From positions 1-64,000 of the forward strand of contig JAKMXF010000317.1 of the NCBI GenBank assembly GCA_024704765.1: 64,000 bases of DNA. Direction: 5' to 3'. The stretch comes from Oopsacas minuta. Lineage: Eukaryota; Animalia; Porifera. Both the position numbers and the translations under genes were made by a program. Within the stretch, counting starts at the first letter, position 1, and each line of letters starts with the position of its first letter. Below, in pieces: positions 12,990 through 25,365 of the stretch. The notes beneath the pieces are model-generated. The model was not told where the DNA came from, did no database searches, and saw only the letters and a list, made by a program, of their open reading frames with translations.

Positions 12990-15900
12990 AATAATAATAA
13001 ATGGATGATGGCTGATATAGGCTCCATCCAAGCAGGAGGTTTATCTAACGGAATTTACACGACTAACAGTCTGGACATTACTCGATACATCCTGAAGCAT
13101 TCAAACACACGTGTTGCATTCGGGGATACTAATGCTATTTTAGAACAGCTGGTAGAAGCTGGAAGTGATATATCAGGTCTGATATTTGTACAGTCCGTTC
13201 CAGGATCTGTAGACCCAGCTCTCAAGGCGAAGGGAGTTCTAGAGTGGAGCGAGTTTATAGAGCTTGGCAAGGTAGTTGTTAAAACATACAATATTTCTAA
13301 TAGTATGTTAATTCTAAAGTTGTTAAAATTAATATTTGTAGAATAATCAAACAGCTGAAGTAGAGGCAATAATGGACTCACAGAGGCCTGGATACTGTTC
13401 AACACTCCCCTACACATCTGAACAACAGGACAGCCGAAGGTATAATAATTAATTTATACTATAATACCACAAATCATAAAAGTATGAGTTTCCGTATACT
13501 GCCCTCTCATATGTTTGTTGTTCAAATTATCTCTATTGCATAATTAAATGACCTGTAATTCCAATTCCAATACTACATATTAAGTGTATATGTATAGGGT
13601 GTAATGTCAAGTCATGACAACCTTGTGTGGAATTCATTGACTCTGTACCAGGATTACAAGATTACACAGACAAGTGGTAGATATACAATTCTGCCAGATT
13701 TCTATAGTATATTTATGCAAATTATGATTTTCCCTGTCTTATGTCTTCAATATCTCAATCAGTGGCTTATATTGTGTGCAATAAATGCTTTTTCGAAATT
13801 TATCGTCAATACTTTCCAACTGTCCAAATTTGGCGGACGTACGAATTCACGATTATTTGTTGATCAGACTAATGAATAATCTTCTTCCAGTCCTGGTAAA
13901 TATAACAATCCATCCTTCTCCGTCTCGCTTTATTCTAATTATTGGTTGTTCACATGTTTATTGCCATAGAAGGCCATTAAAATTGAATTATCTTTGCAGT
14001 TGGAATTATGTATACGTAATACGGAGTACACTAAAAGAATTTATATGTTTAGTCTAAGCCACACTTCATTTGCAAATAGACATAATATCTCCTTCATTAC
14101 TTTCTGATACTATTCGCAATATCAGTACCTTACTTTGTTCTGACTATATTTACAGGAATATACAATGGTGAGCTATCTGCCATTCAGTCACATAGCAGCT
14201 CAGATAGTGATGAGTTAGTATACAACTGTATATTATATAATATACTAACGGGTATACTTGTACTGTTAAGGATATGATGATTCCTCTACATTCTGGTTGT
14301 AAGGTATTTTTCGCATTACCAGATGCAATGAAAGGCAGTCTCATAGAGACATTAAAGGTAAGTCATCTCCCACTTAGAACTAACTGATTTTCCTAATTAT
14401 AACTACGAGTAGAAGTTATGAATTCATATAAATTTTAGGAAATTGAGCCTAATATATTCTTCGGGGTCCCCAGAGTCTGGGGAAGCTTAAAGAACATATA
14501 GAGCCTGCTATAAATTCTGGAGAGTTAGTTTTCTACGTAGTTGATAGTTTTCTACATAGTATTCATATTTGTTTTAAACATTATCTATTATTCTGTTAGT
14601 TAGAGTTCCCCTTGAATCTGTTAAGAAGATGTTGGGATTGATAAATGGAAAAGTTTGTGTAGTTTCTTCATAAACTAATTAAAATTTTCTAACTATATCT
14701 TCTTTGAGAACTGAGAATATTGAATATTCATTAGGCCCAAATGAGAAACTTAATTCAGCTCGACATGGTGCCTACGGTTGATTGATTAGTTTAGAGGTAG
14801 TTTGCAAACTAAATTCTATTCTGACAACCAAATCCAATTGAGGATATGATACAGTCCATAAAATACAGATGTTTGAGATGTTATTGAATATTATTTTATT
14901 TATTTAATACTATCCAAGGGGCGAATTCGAAGTAAGTGAAGTGAAAAGTGTTTATGTCATAGATTTACATATAAGGACTGGTAAAGCTATAAAATTAATT
15001 TTGGTATGTTTGTGATATATCTGTAGCTATGTGGTGACAGGGTTCTTGTTGTATCTTATAAGAAGACAATAATCGGGTACCCTCGTCACACATTTACACA
15101 ATAGTTGTTAAAATAGCTTTAATATATTTACTTAACAGAAGATATTTAATGTGAACTTAGTAAAATTAGAACAACAACATTGGTAACTATAATGCCCTCG
15201 TGGTTGATTTTCTTGTCCTCCTCCTGAGTATCTCCCAGTATGTGTAGCAGAGTACCTTCTTGAGAGAACACTTTTATTTGCCAGCAGAATAGTCCCCCAT
15301 CAGAATATTCAGTATCGCAACAGATTGGAGAACATTTTCTAACTTCCTGCATACTATGTGAATTGAATGAACGGAGTATTTCGTCAGTAAGATTGAATAC
15401 ATAGAGACATGGATTGTCTTTCCGGCTCAGAACGAAAATCTTATCGTCCTTTAATTTGATGTCACATGGTTTCGTCATGGTGTTGTGTTTAATGTAATAT
15501 TTGTGTATTAGTTTAGTTATAAAAACAGTTACAAATACGTCCTTGTTCGGAGCTATGGTGATGCTATGACTATAATAGAACTCTCCTATAAAAGTTCATT
15601 CCTTTTAATCCTTTCCTAATTTATTTAATAGTTTGAATTTTGGCATTTTATACTGGAATATGCAATGGAGCCCTTTATACCACTTACTTAAACATCCTCA
15701 GGACTTAATGCTATTCCTGATGGCTCACTAACCTATCCCTCACACAATACCAGCTGCTACGTGGATTCGTTGAGATGTCTCATCATAAGCAATACCTATA
15801 GCAGAGTTTAACTTCCCTACTGATATTGAAGGTTGTACGAGTGCAGGGTTATTAGGAGTGGAGATGATTTCTCTCTCTGCAGGTTGTCCCAACCCAGAGA

Positions 15901-18132
15901 TATCTTGCTCCAGCTCTTGAGTGTTATGCTCAAACAGTTTTTCTGTTTCTTTAACTGTAACTTTTAGTTTTCTTATCTTTGTTTCGATCTCCTTTATCAT
16001 GTTGTCTTTCATGGAGTGGAGCATATTCTACTTCATCTCTGCTTAGAGATTAGCTTTTGAGTTGGACAGCTATCTTAGAGTATTAATGCAATTGGTTTCT
16101 TCAGCTCGTCTGTCCTCCTGTTTCTGTCTGAACTCAGTGATGAGTTGTACTCGTTTATTATTGAGACAGAGTACCAGACGGTCGCGTCGATGAAGAGAGG
16201 GGCTACTATTTCTGGATATCTTTCTGCCATTTCTTTTGTGATTTGTGATCTCGTTGATTTGTGTAGAATTGGTTGAGTAGACAAGCAGGCACAGTCTCGT
16301 ATGCTACAGAATATAGCTTAATTGTATCCACTAACAGTTCATACTCTCAGTAGTACATGACTGCTCGCATAAGCGAGGATCTTATGTAATATTGATTAAG
16401 TTTCAATCTACTCGTATTACGAGTTTAGACCAGCTTGATAAAATATCAAATTATATCAGCTCTATGTGTGAAAGTTTCTTAGCTTCACATAGGGATTATT
16501 AATTGAATGCTTAATCGTTGATCATGACGTAATATGTCATTATTTTTATTTTTATAGTTTACTGCTGCTTCACCTATCTCATTGAACGTGCTTGAGTTTT
16601 TCGATAAAGCAGGAGTTACCATATTCAGTATTTATGGAGCGAGCGAGAATATGGGACCCGGAACTGTATCTCTACCAGGAGCCAACCTGTTAGGCTCCGT
16701 GGGAAGAAGTATAGAGGGATCGGAAACTAAGATACATGAACCTAATAGGTATGTCTTATGACTAAGTTAATTGGAAATAGCCTTGGGGGATCGTCGGTTC
16801 CAGACTTTATTTGAAATGTAGAATTACGTCACATTTTCGTGATAAGTATTAATTTCGTCAAGACTGACTGTTTTCTGAGCTAGACAAAGGAACCCCCTTA
16901 TTTATACCAAAAATCAACCATGAGAGTATTCTATGCCCTTCAATCATCATCTCACTTAGTTTACCTCTTCAAACAGTATTTTGTATTATTCTATACTTTA
17001 ATTCCGCTTACCAACCATCTTACTTTTCCTGCTCTGAATAATCTATTACGTTAAACAAGGGATTATTAGTTTAAAATTCTACGATACCTTTGACTTTTGT
17101 ATTTAGTGATGGAGATGGAGAAATATGCTTCAAAGGAAGATACAACTTTATGGGATATCTACATGATGCTGAGAAGACTGCTAAAGTGACAGATAAAAAT
17201 GGGTGGTACTACACCGGGGATATTGGTCACGTGGATGATAATGGTATTGCATTTACTAGTTGAATCAATATTCTATATGTCTGGATCCAACTGCTAGACT
17301 TTTATGTAGACTGTAGAATATTATAACATTACATAGGTTTCTACTTTATAACTGGGAGGATTAAAGAGATACTGATAACATCAGGAGGAGAGAACGTAGC
17401 TCCAGTCCCCATAGAGCAGGAGATGAAGAAACAGCTGAGAATGTGTTCATCTTGTGTAGTAGTGGGAGATGGTAAGAAGTTCCTTAGCATGCTGGTAACG
17501 CTCAAATGTAGGCTAGCTCCCGACGGCTTGCCTTCTGATGAGTTAGATGAGGAAGTTATTGACATTTGCAAGAGTTTGGGAGTAGAAGCTACTACAGTGA
17601 GCGAGGCTGTGAAAAGTAGTGTAGTGCATCAATATATTGAAGATGGAATGCATAAAGCTAATGAGAAGGCTGTTTCTAACGTGGCCAAGATTAAGGTAAA
17701 TATTGAGTCACTATGCTTTAACATCGTCCACAACTCCAGTATGATTCGCTTTATTTGAACTCCATATCTATAATAACAAGATATCTACCTATTCTCCATG
17801 AGGCCATAAAAAGCTAGTCTATTGGCAGTTTTCTGACTTTAACCTGTTCGAATGTCCGCACACGATAAACTATCTAGTGTGGACAACATTTCTATACAGT
17901 ATTGTAACAAAATAACAATTACATTCCTCACTCCTCTTGTTCTCATATTCACTGAATTTTAATGAATGATCGCTGTTATTTAGTTTTGATTGTATTTTGT
18001 ATTTTGTAGAAATTTGCATTTCTTCCACGAGACTTCTCCATTTATTCAGGGGAACTGACGCCTACTGCTAAGCTAAAGAGGACATTCGTTGCTGAAATCT
18101 ACGCAAAAATCATCGATCAGTTTTATTTATGA
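12990..18132 (+). pseudogene. ACSBG: ACSBG (bubblegum)-type long-chain fatty acyl-CoA synthetase; 5'-truncated, frameshifted in middle exons (pseudogene or assembly errors)
   Basis: Exons ~12990-13271, 13342-13439, 13598-~13676, 14156-~14206, 14271-14357, 14439-, ~14600-14655, 16558-16748, 17107-17243, 17337-17695, 18010-18132. Motifs YTS[G]TTGQPK|GVMSSHDN, VSYLPFSHIAAQ, GVPRVW, YGASE, GWYYTGDIG, ITGRIKEILITSGGENVAP, GELTPTAKLKR. One-base deletions at ~13420 and ~14481. The last four exons are phase-consistent and intact. Confidence 0.85.
15146..16230 (-). pseudogene. Intronless coiled-coil + NHL-repeat pseudogene, antisense within an ACSBG intron
   Basis: ATG (MAERYPEI) at 16230. Fragments: coiled-coil (KDNMIKEIETKIRKLKVTV), NHL-like (AIGIAYDETSQRIHVA; KPCDIKLKDDKIFVL; QIKVFSQEGTLLHILG). 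In-frame stops and frameshifts. Confidence 0.75.
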
Positions 18133-18692
18133 TAAAGGATACCAGAAACACTAATTAGAAATAATTATTTTTGAAATAAATTAATTTGACACTTAAAATA
18201 TATTTATTCATTTGATTTTACTATTAATATTAAATTTGAGGTAATATTCTTAGTAATGACAAATTAATGATGTCTGATTGAAGAAAAATCAGCTCAAAAT
18301 GAGATGAAGGTTTTTACATTAGTGTGGATATTTCTTCTAAATCGCACGATCAATGAACCCGCGATCACAATTGTGATCCTTTTATGACTATCGGATAGGA
18401 TCGAGGATCGAATTAGAGATCGCAATCGTTTTCTTCCTAAGATTTTGATCTATAGAAAATCTGATGATTAAAATTATGCTCAGTATGGATCAGAGATGGT
18501 CAATCGGTCGGGTACTGGTTGAGATTTGACTGACTGGCCGACCGGTAGATTGAAATTGACTAACAGTTCGAGATGCTTACCTGATTGTCCATAGTTATTT
18601 ACCTAAGTGACGAAATAGCGATGCGAAATCGCTATTTCGCCACTTAGATAAATATCTATGGATATATGTTGACAAAGTGCTAATTAGTATAG

Positions 18693-18890
18693 TAGTAGAA
18701 CTCGGGTAAATTATGACGTAATCGCTTGTGAAACAAAAGATAACAAGTTAAGATAACAAGATAACAAGTTAAGATAACAAGTTAAGATAACAAGTTATTT
18801 ATCCCAGTATGTATTAACCGAATCATTTATAATGGTTTGGTAGGAGAAATTTTCGATTAGAGACGAGTACGTCTTGACCCAGTTCTATTG
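18693..18890. mobile_element. Degenerate MITE (family of 20113-20281) with internal tandem AAGATAACAAGTT repeats
   Basis: Ends TAGTAGAACTCGG / CCCAGTTCTATTG|TA; ~4-5 tandem 13-mers at ~18737-18797. Confidence 0.55.
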
Positions 18891-20112
18891 TATATCTACA
18901 AGGTTTATTATTGTATATTAGTTATTGTAATTGACTGGTCGGGTTTGTTGACTCGGGTCATGGAAAGCTGATCCGTTCCAATTCTCTGAATGGAGCACTC
19001 TCCTAAGTGTTATAATTTTATAATAATAGTTAAATCAGGATTTCATTTTACGTATCAAATCTTTTAGATTGTAATTGTTCATTACATTTTTCTACCCCAG
19101 AAATTAAGTTCTAATTTTACATAAAGGGCGCCATCGGGAGAATACTTAATTATATAAGGTTCTTAAGCCTACGATACACGATGTAACCAGGGGGTTATAC
19201 AGGGTTTTCCGAGCACGCTACGAACGTTCCCCCAAATTTCATTCGTCTAAATCAGTAAATTAGTGTTATAGTATTGGAAAAAGGCTCAGTTTTCACGCTC
19301 CTAAATATAAATATATCAAAAATCATGCACCTATTGTAGCGTCCTGTGCTCTTAGACGATCCCTTGGATATAACTTAGTTGCATGCGACATTGCAGAAAA
19401 TACATAGTCCCTATTGCAACAAGTTGCTGACAACATTATTCCTACACGATACAATTATGCCAAAAATGCTCCCAAAGCCAATGTTGCATGGAAATTTCCA
19501 TAAGATAAAAACTTCATACCGCATGTGAGTTAAGTACATAGTGCATGTGGGTTAGGTACACAATACATGCGCGTTATGCATCTACTGATAGGGTATTCCT
19601 ATTTGAAATCTTTCAATTGTTTTAGACAACTTTCCACGGAAATTCTCATTGGTCATTCGCGGCATTGTTTGTAAATGTAGAAAATCCAAAAACAGCTCTA
19701 ATATAATTCCATCAAGATGTACCTAACGTACATGCACTATGCACTTTTTAATACCTCAACTTTATGCAACTTTGTTGAATGCAGCAGTTGCAACAATGTT
19801 GGGATGTTGCATCGTGTATGTGTTGAATTTTCCAAACAATGTTGATCCAAGAATCTTGTTTTTGGAAATAAGAACCTGTGTCCTAATTCCTGCAACATTG
19901 ATGCAACAAATTTGCATTGTGTATGATGGGATTTACAATCTTGAGATCAAAGCTGGCGTATTGCTCCCTAGCTGAAGCCAATCATTTTAATTAATTAATT
20001 AATTAAAAACACCTGAATTTCATTCACAATTTACGTAGTTATGACTTCCGTAATTTAAGCGCCAGAAGTTGAGTACTACTATATAAGTAGTGTAATAATT
20101 TGAATATAGGTA

Positions 20113-20281
20113 CAGGAGAACTCGGATAAGACGTACTCGGCTTAAGACGTACACTCGGTTAAGACGTACTATTTCTTATATCCCAAAATATCAGTCATCA
20201 TTATTTGCAATGCAAACATATTTGGATAAGACGTACTAATTTCTGTTTCCCGAGGGGATACGTCTTATCCGAGTTCTACTG
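20113..20281. mobile_element. Tc1/mariner-pogo-type MITE; related pieces at ~5370-5537 and 37143-37167
   Basis: TA|CAGGAGAACTCGGATAAGACGTA ... TACGTCTTATCCGAGTTCTACTG|TA; internal TAAGACGTAC repeats. Confidence 0.85.
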
Positions 20282-21249
20282 TATTGTATAAATTACCAAT
20301 ATTCAATTCGTACATCTCTCATCACTCATCACTCATCACTCGTCTCTCACTATTCTGACCCTGTTGTTCTTGATTGACTTTGTTCTGGACTGAATCTCTA
20401 CAACACATTTACAGGTCTGTTCTTTAATTCTATTATTTTCATCCTTCGATAAACATTAAATACTTCACTTGGCCACAATTATACCAAAACTGCATTACAA
20501 ATTATACGTGCTATTGGGAAGGAAACTAGATCGATGTGCTCTCGCTGAGCGTCCAGTTAATATATCAGAGTTCTACCGTTCACATATTACTTTTCATTGA
20601 ATCTTCTATAACCAGTCTTACCTGTCCCCCTCAATGGGCTATACTTGCCTTTGATGTTACCAATAATCGTAAACTACGCAATAATATAAGTCAAAATGGA
20701 TTCAAGGAAATCAAAATCAAGCATATACAAAGCCTAATCCATCCAATTTGATTCATGAAATGTTTTTCCAATTACAAGTATAGAACTATCCTTTATTTAG
20801 TTTCGTGGTAATGACTTTGCTATGACGTCACTATTATCACCTTGCAATATATTCGCTATTCTAATCGTTGGTATTATTTGTACGATGTACCATGTTAACA
20901 TAAATACCCTAAACATACGTAACACTTGTAACCGTAGCGTGCTGTCACATCTCGTATGTTGATTTTATTATTTCGTATATCGTTACAATAATTATGAGTA
21001 AATTCAAATCTCAGGAGCCTTTGAATTCTCGTCGAATTCATTAATTAGCAACTCATATTTCTAACGAATTTTCGGTGCTAATTTTTGAAGTTGCTAACAT
21101 GCTTACAGGGAACGGAACGGAATTGATAATACAAAATCTCCACTTGGGACCTGAATGGGCTGCTAATAAACAGACACTCCTGAAGTCACAACTTTTGACT
21201 TTATGGTGGTTTATTCACAACATGATGGATTACATATACGGTACGTACC

Positions 21250-21401
21250 AGTGTTGCAGCGGTCCAAAGTGGCCGTTATGTACAGGTGGCTGCTATATAG
21301 AGGTCGATTAGTATTAGAAATTGTTCCACTAGACTATATTTAGGTGGCCGATTTGAGCAGGAAACCGTTATATAGCGGTGACCGTTAAGCAGGTTCCACT
21401 G
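21250..21401. mobile_element. Right end of a Tigger/pogo-like MITE
   Basis: Ends AGCAGGTTCCACTG|TA, the reverse complement of the CAGTGGAACCT terminus at 58002; GTGGCCG subterminal repeats. Confidence 0.6.
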
Positions 21402-21925
21402 TATATTATATGCTAGAGAGATAGCCAACAGTTTCAGGCTTAGGTATATACCGTTTATACACTATGCAGTCAGAGTCGCATATCGTAAACACCCACGGGA
21501 CTAACAATGTTATTCATAATAAAGAGGCTCATATTTAGCGAAATTCTTTTAAAACCCATTATAATAAATTTAATGAGCCAGTCCGGATCCCTGCATCTCT
21601 GCTACATACCTACACTGTATTATACAGTAAACTGATTTGATTTTATATATTGCTTGTCTAATTATTTCTTTACTTTACTATCCTTTCTTAGGTGTGAGTA
21701 TTGCATCAGCGAACAATTTTTGAAGAATTTTTGGCTCTTTTGATAGTTTCGATTAGTTCTCTAACGGCTACTACTATTCAACTTTATCCCGCACGGTGGG
21801 AAAGAAATGATATTATGAAAGTGTAGCTCTAACTGACATTGCGATGATACAATCAACTTTCAATCTGAGGCTGATGTAGTGTACAACTACAATAGCTAAG
21901 TTCTCAATTATAATTCTTTGTTGTA

Positions 21926-23261
21926 CAGGGGGCATTCAATATATACTAATCACTGTATATTTTTAATGAAATAGCAGTTCTAAGCTAGTATTTCTCAGTG
22001 CAATTATATAGAACCATATTTCAACTTTCTAACAAAACTTAGAGAGAGTTGATCACTTAATTATTTCCTAAGTTTCAGTTATTTTTAGAAACCTACATTT
22101 TCTCCTTTACATTTTTCATGGCTTCTTGTCCAAATTTTTCGGAACTTGAACAACGAACGTACATCAAATTTCGCACCATTCTCGAAATCCCTCCAAAGTC
22201 TATTCATGACGAGTTGGCAACGATATGTGGAGAAGATACTTTATCGTATTCAACTGTCAGAAGGTGGGTGAGCCTATTTAGGGAAGGTAGGACCTCTGTT
22301 CAAGACACCCCTCGTCCTGGAGCACCAAAACTGGCGACCAACAATGACAAATTGAGTGAAGTAAAGGAATATGTCGAGTCTTTTCCGCATTCTTCGGTTG
22401 AGGAGGTAGCTAACTATGTTGGCATTTCAACGGGAAGTGCACACACAATTCTGAAGGCGGATTTAGAACTGAGGAAGGTCCAAGTGCGATGGGTACCACA
22501 TTGCTTAACTTTTCCACAAAGGCCGCGAGACTCCAAATGGCTAAGGAAAACCTTGAAATTTATGAAGGGAGTGACCCTAGGCGGTTATTAGAGATAGAAA
22601 CAGGAGATGAAACATGGATACAATTCAAACCACCGATCAGAGAGCAAGATGGCAGGGTATGGCTAAAGAAGGGAGAGGTACCTCCAGCTGTTTGTGTATC
22701 CGACTTCCGTGCCCCGAAGGTCTTGTACTGCATATTTTTCGATGGCCTAGGTCCTGTAGCCCAAATCCCTGTTCCCAAAGGTCAGACACTCACAGGACAA
22801 TTTTACGCAGATGTGGTGTTGCCTGAGGTCGAAAAACATTATCTTAAGCGTCGTCCAAAGACTGGAACTCGTGGTCTCAAAATTTTGCACGATAATGCTA
22901 GACCGCATAAATCTTGGGCTGTAAGGCAAAAAATTAAAGATATGGGTATGCACGAAGTTCCACATCCACCTTACTCCCCTGATATAGCCCCATGTGACTT
23001 CTGGCTGTTTAGAAAACTCAAAGATAACCTCTCCGGATGCGAATTTGAGGATCGGCTCAGCCTCGGTCGGGCAATTTACAGATACCTTGAAGTCATTCCA
23101 AAGGATGAGTACAGAAAGACATTTGAAAATTGGATTAAAAGGCTAAATTCAGTTATAGCGTATAAAGGAGACTACTTTGAACATTCATAGCAAAAATTAC
23201 CAACTTTACACAAGTATCTATAGTTTTAGATGGTATGATTAGTATTTATTGAATGCCCCTG
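21926..23261 (+). mobile_element. Full-length mariner (DD34D) element
   Basis: TIRs CAGGGGGCATTCAATATATACTAATCA / TGATTAGTATTTATTGAATGCCCCTG with TA duplication on both sides. Confidence 0.95.
22118..23190 (+). pseudogene. Mariner transposase with a single frameshift near 22518-22520
   Basis: HTH region, WVPH, TGDETW, HDNARPH-34 aa-D within YSPDIAPCDF. Adding one A joins ORFs 22118 and 22489. Confidence 0.92.
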
Positions 23262-23849
23262 TATCATCAGAATCAAAGTGCTCAGCACAAACAAAAATGT
23301 TTTGCGTCGTGTGAAAATTTATCATATAATCACACAATTACGTAATGATGATTTAAGCCTAAACCGTAGAATATCATTTTAATTTATATCCAAGTTCTAA
23401 ATAAATACCTACCATCTCTATGCAGAAATCGTTTCCACTTATGGATGATATCTTTCGACCCAGAGGGAAAGTGAAACACTGCAACACCACTATGATCATT
23501 GTAGTATCCAGGAGTACATCTGGGAGCAGAACACGAGTTTGGCATGTGCCAAAGAAATAAATAAACAATGAGCTAATATTATGAAAAAAAGCAAAGTATA
23601 TTAAAATTATTAAAAATTGAAATTAGATTAACATAAATTGACAATACAAATCTCAGGACATTATTGCTAAACCTGACAACAATATCAGTTTTAATCAAAA
23701 TATAAATTTACATTATGGGTGTATAAGAAAATCCCTTCATCTTATCCCTGGTCGAAGCGCATTTAACTCAGTGAAATGGCCTTATGTTTAGTAGGCTATG
23801 TTGGATGGTAACTTGAGTTTCGGTTAAATATACATACCATTCCCAGAAT

Positions 23850-24850
23850 TATTCATTGTTGTCATGCATCATAGAAATAATAAAAATTTAACTTCTCTAT
23901 TCAAGCTCTACTGACCCCTGACACCCAGGATGTCTGAGTTTGCCATGTACTATTTCTGTAGGATCTCAAGAATAATAGACGATTTGAGAATTCTAATCCA
24001 TTATCAGAATGAGTAAGAGAGGTGAGCCTTGCTCGCGGATTTTTCAATTAAAATATCACAAACATTCTCTCCTGTTTTTCTAACTAGTGGGACAAGTTAA
24101 ATTTTTGACAAAATTGTCAAAATAGGAAAGAAGGTATTTAAAGGCTGTGACACCATCTGGCGACATGTTTTCAAACAGATTCATATCACTGAAGTCTATG
24201 AGATTAACATAACCGTCCTTCAGGTAATTTCTTGATATGATTTTGTTTGGTAACTACAGACTTTATAATGAGTTCCAACTTGCCATCTTCAAAGGGGATT
24301 AATTTCCCCTTTTAAGATGGCAAGTTGGACAATATTTAACATAAATACCACACAGTTCTTCAGTGACTCCACAGACAATTTTGAGAAACTCTCTTAAACT
24401 ATTTTCTCCTTCCTGAAATTTCGCTATTGTTACCTGAAATTCTTTTAGGACATCTTAGACATCATCCTTTACCAACACTCGATTGGCTTGTCTGTTTGCT
24501 TCATGAAGGTATAAGGATATAAAACTTTGATGTCAAACAAGCTTAAATCTATTCTGAACCCTTGCCACTTTCGTTTTTCATTTTTTCTGAGAGTCCTGTG
24601 ATTCCAGGATGAAGATTCTTTATTCTATTTCTTCAGGTAAGGATATATTAATGGTTGAATCAAATAGTTTTTTGTCATCATGAAAACTCTTCTCTTCTGG
24701 TAGGCCCAGGATTCTGGTCTATATCTCCGGATAAATAGAGAAGAACAGATAGATTTGGATAATTCCTGAATGCAGACCCATCGTGAGAAAGAAAATTGAT
24801 GTCGTCGTTCGCTTTCAGATGAAGAGGCACAAATAAAAAGAAACAATTCG
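23850..24850 (-). mobile_element. Decayed retroviral-type integrase remnant (Ginger/SCAND3-KRBA2-like)
   Basis: Minus-strand HSDNGLEFSN (~23998-24011) and IVHGKLRHPGCQGSVE (~23906-23960) resemble HSDNGxEF..HGKPRHxxSQGSVERAN. Confidence 0.65.
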
Positions 24851-24940
24851 GTGAGGCACTGAGATAATTATAAAATGATACTATTTTGTACGATTTATCT
24901 TATTTAATTAAGCTTACCTAGATACACTTGGCGCTCGGAT

Positions 24941-25365
24941 GGATATGTACAATGCCTGGAAAAAAGTATTGGAACACTCTGCCATAATTGAAATTGCAGG
25001 ACTCTTAACTCTCACGATCTCATCATGAGTCTCACGATTACAGGTGTACAAATACTGCAGAATCCTTGGTCTTTTCAAAGAAAGCTAATAGTAAATTGCA
25101 CAATTCACGGTAGAATTGGTGACATTTGAGGAATCTCACTATTTTGAAGGTTCCGAGGTTGAGAGCCCTGCATGGCACCAACACAATTACCACTTTATTT
25201 ACAGAGACTAAAGATGGCATCAACAATTATAAACATGAATATACCATAAACCATGGTAACAAACTATTGTTCTACTTTCTGCTATACCGACATAATCGTT
25301 CAACGTATTCATGCCGTGTGCCACTTGAGCTCAAGTGTTCCAATACTTTTAGTCAAGAGGGGTAT
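24941..25365 (-). mobile_element. Tc1-like deletion remnant
   Basis: Inverted AAAAGTATTGGAACAC sites (~24960 and ~25336-51) and a degenerate WPxxSPDLN-like stretch. Confidence 0.45.

Noticed and set aside
18737-18797. CRISPR-like or functional array
   Set aside because: Spacer-less 13-bp tandem repeat inside a MITE; no CRISPR array anywhere in the window.
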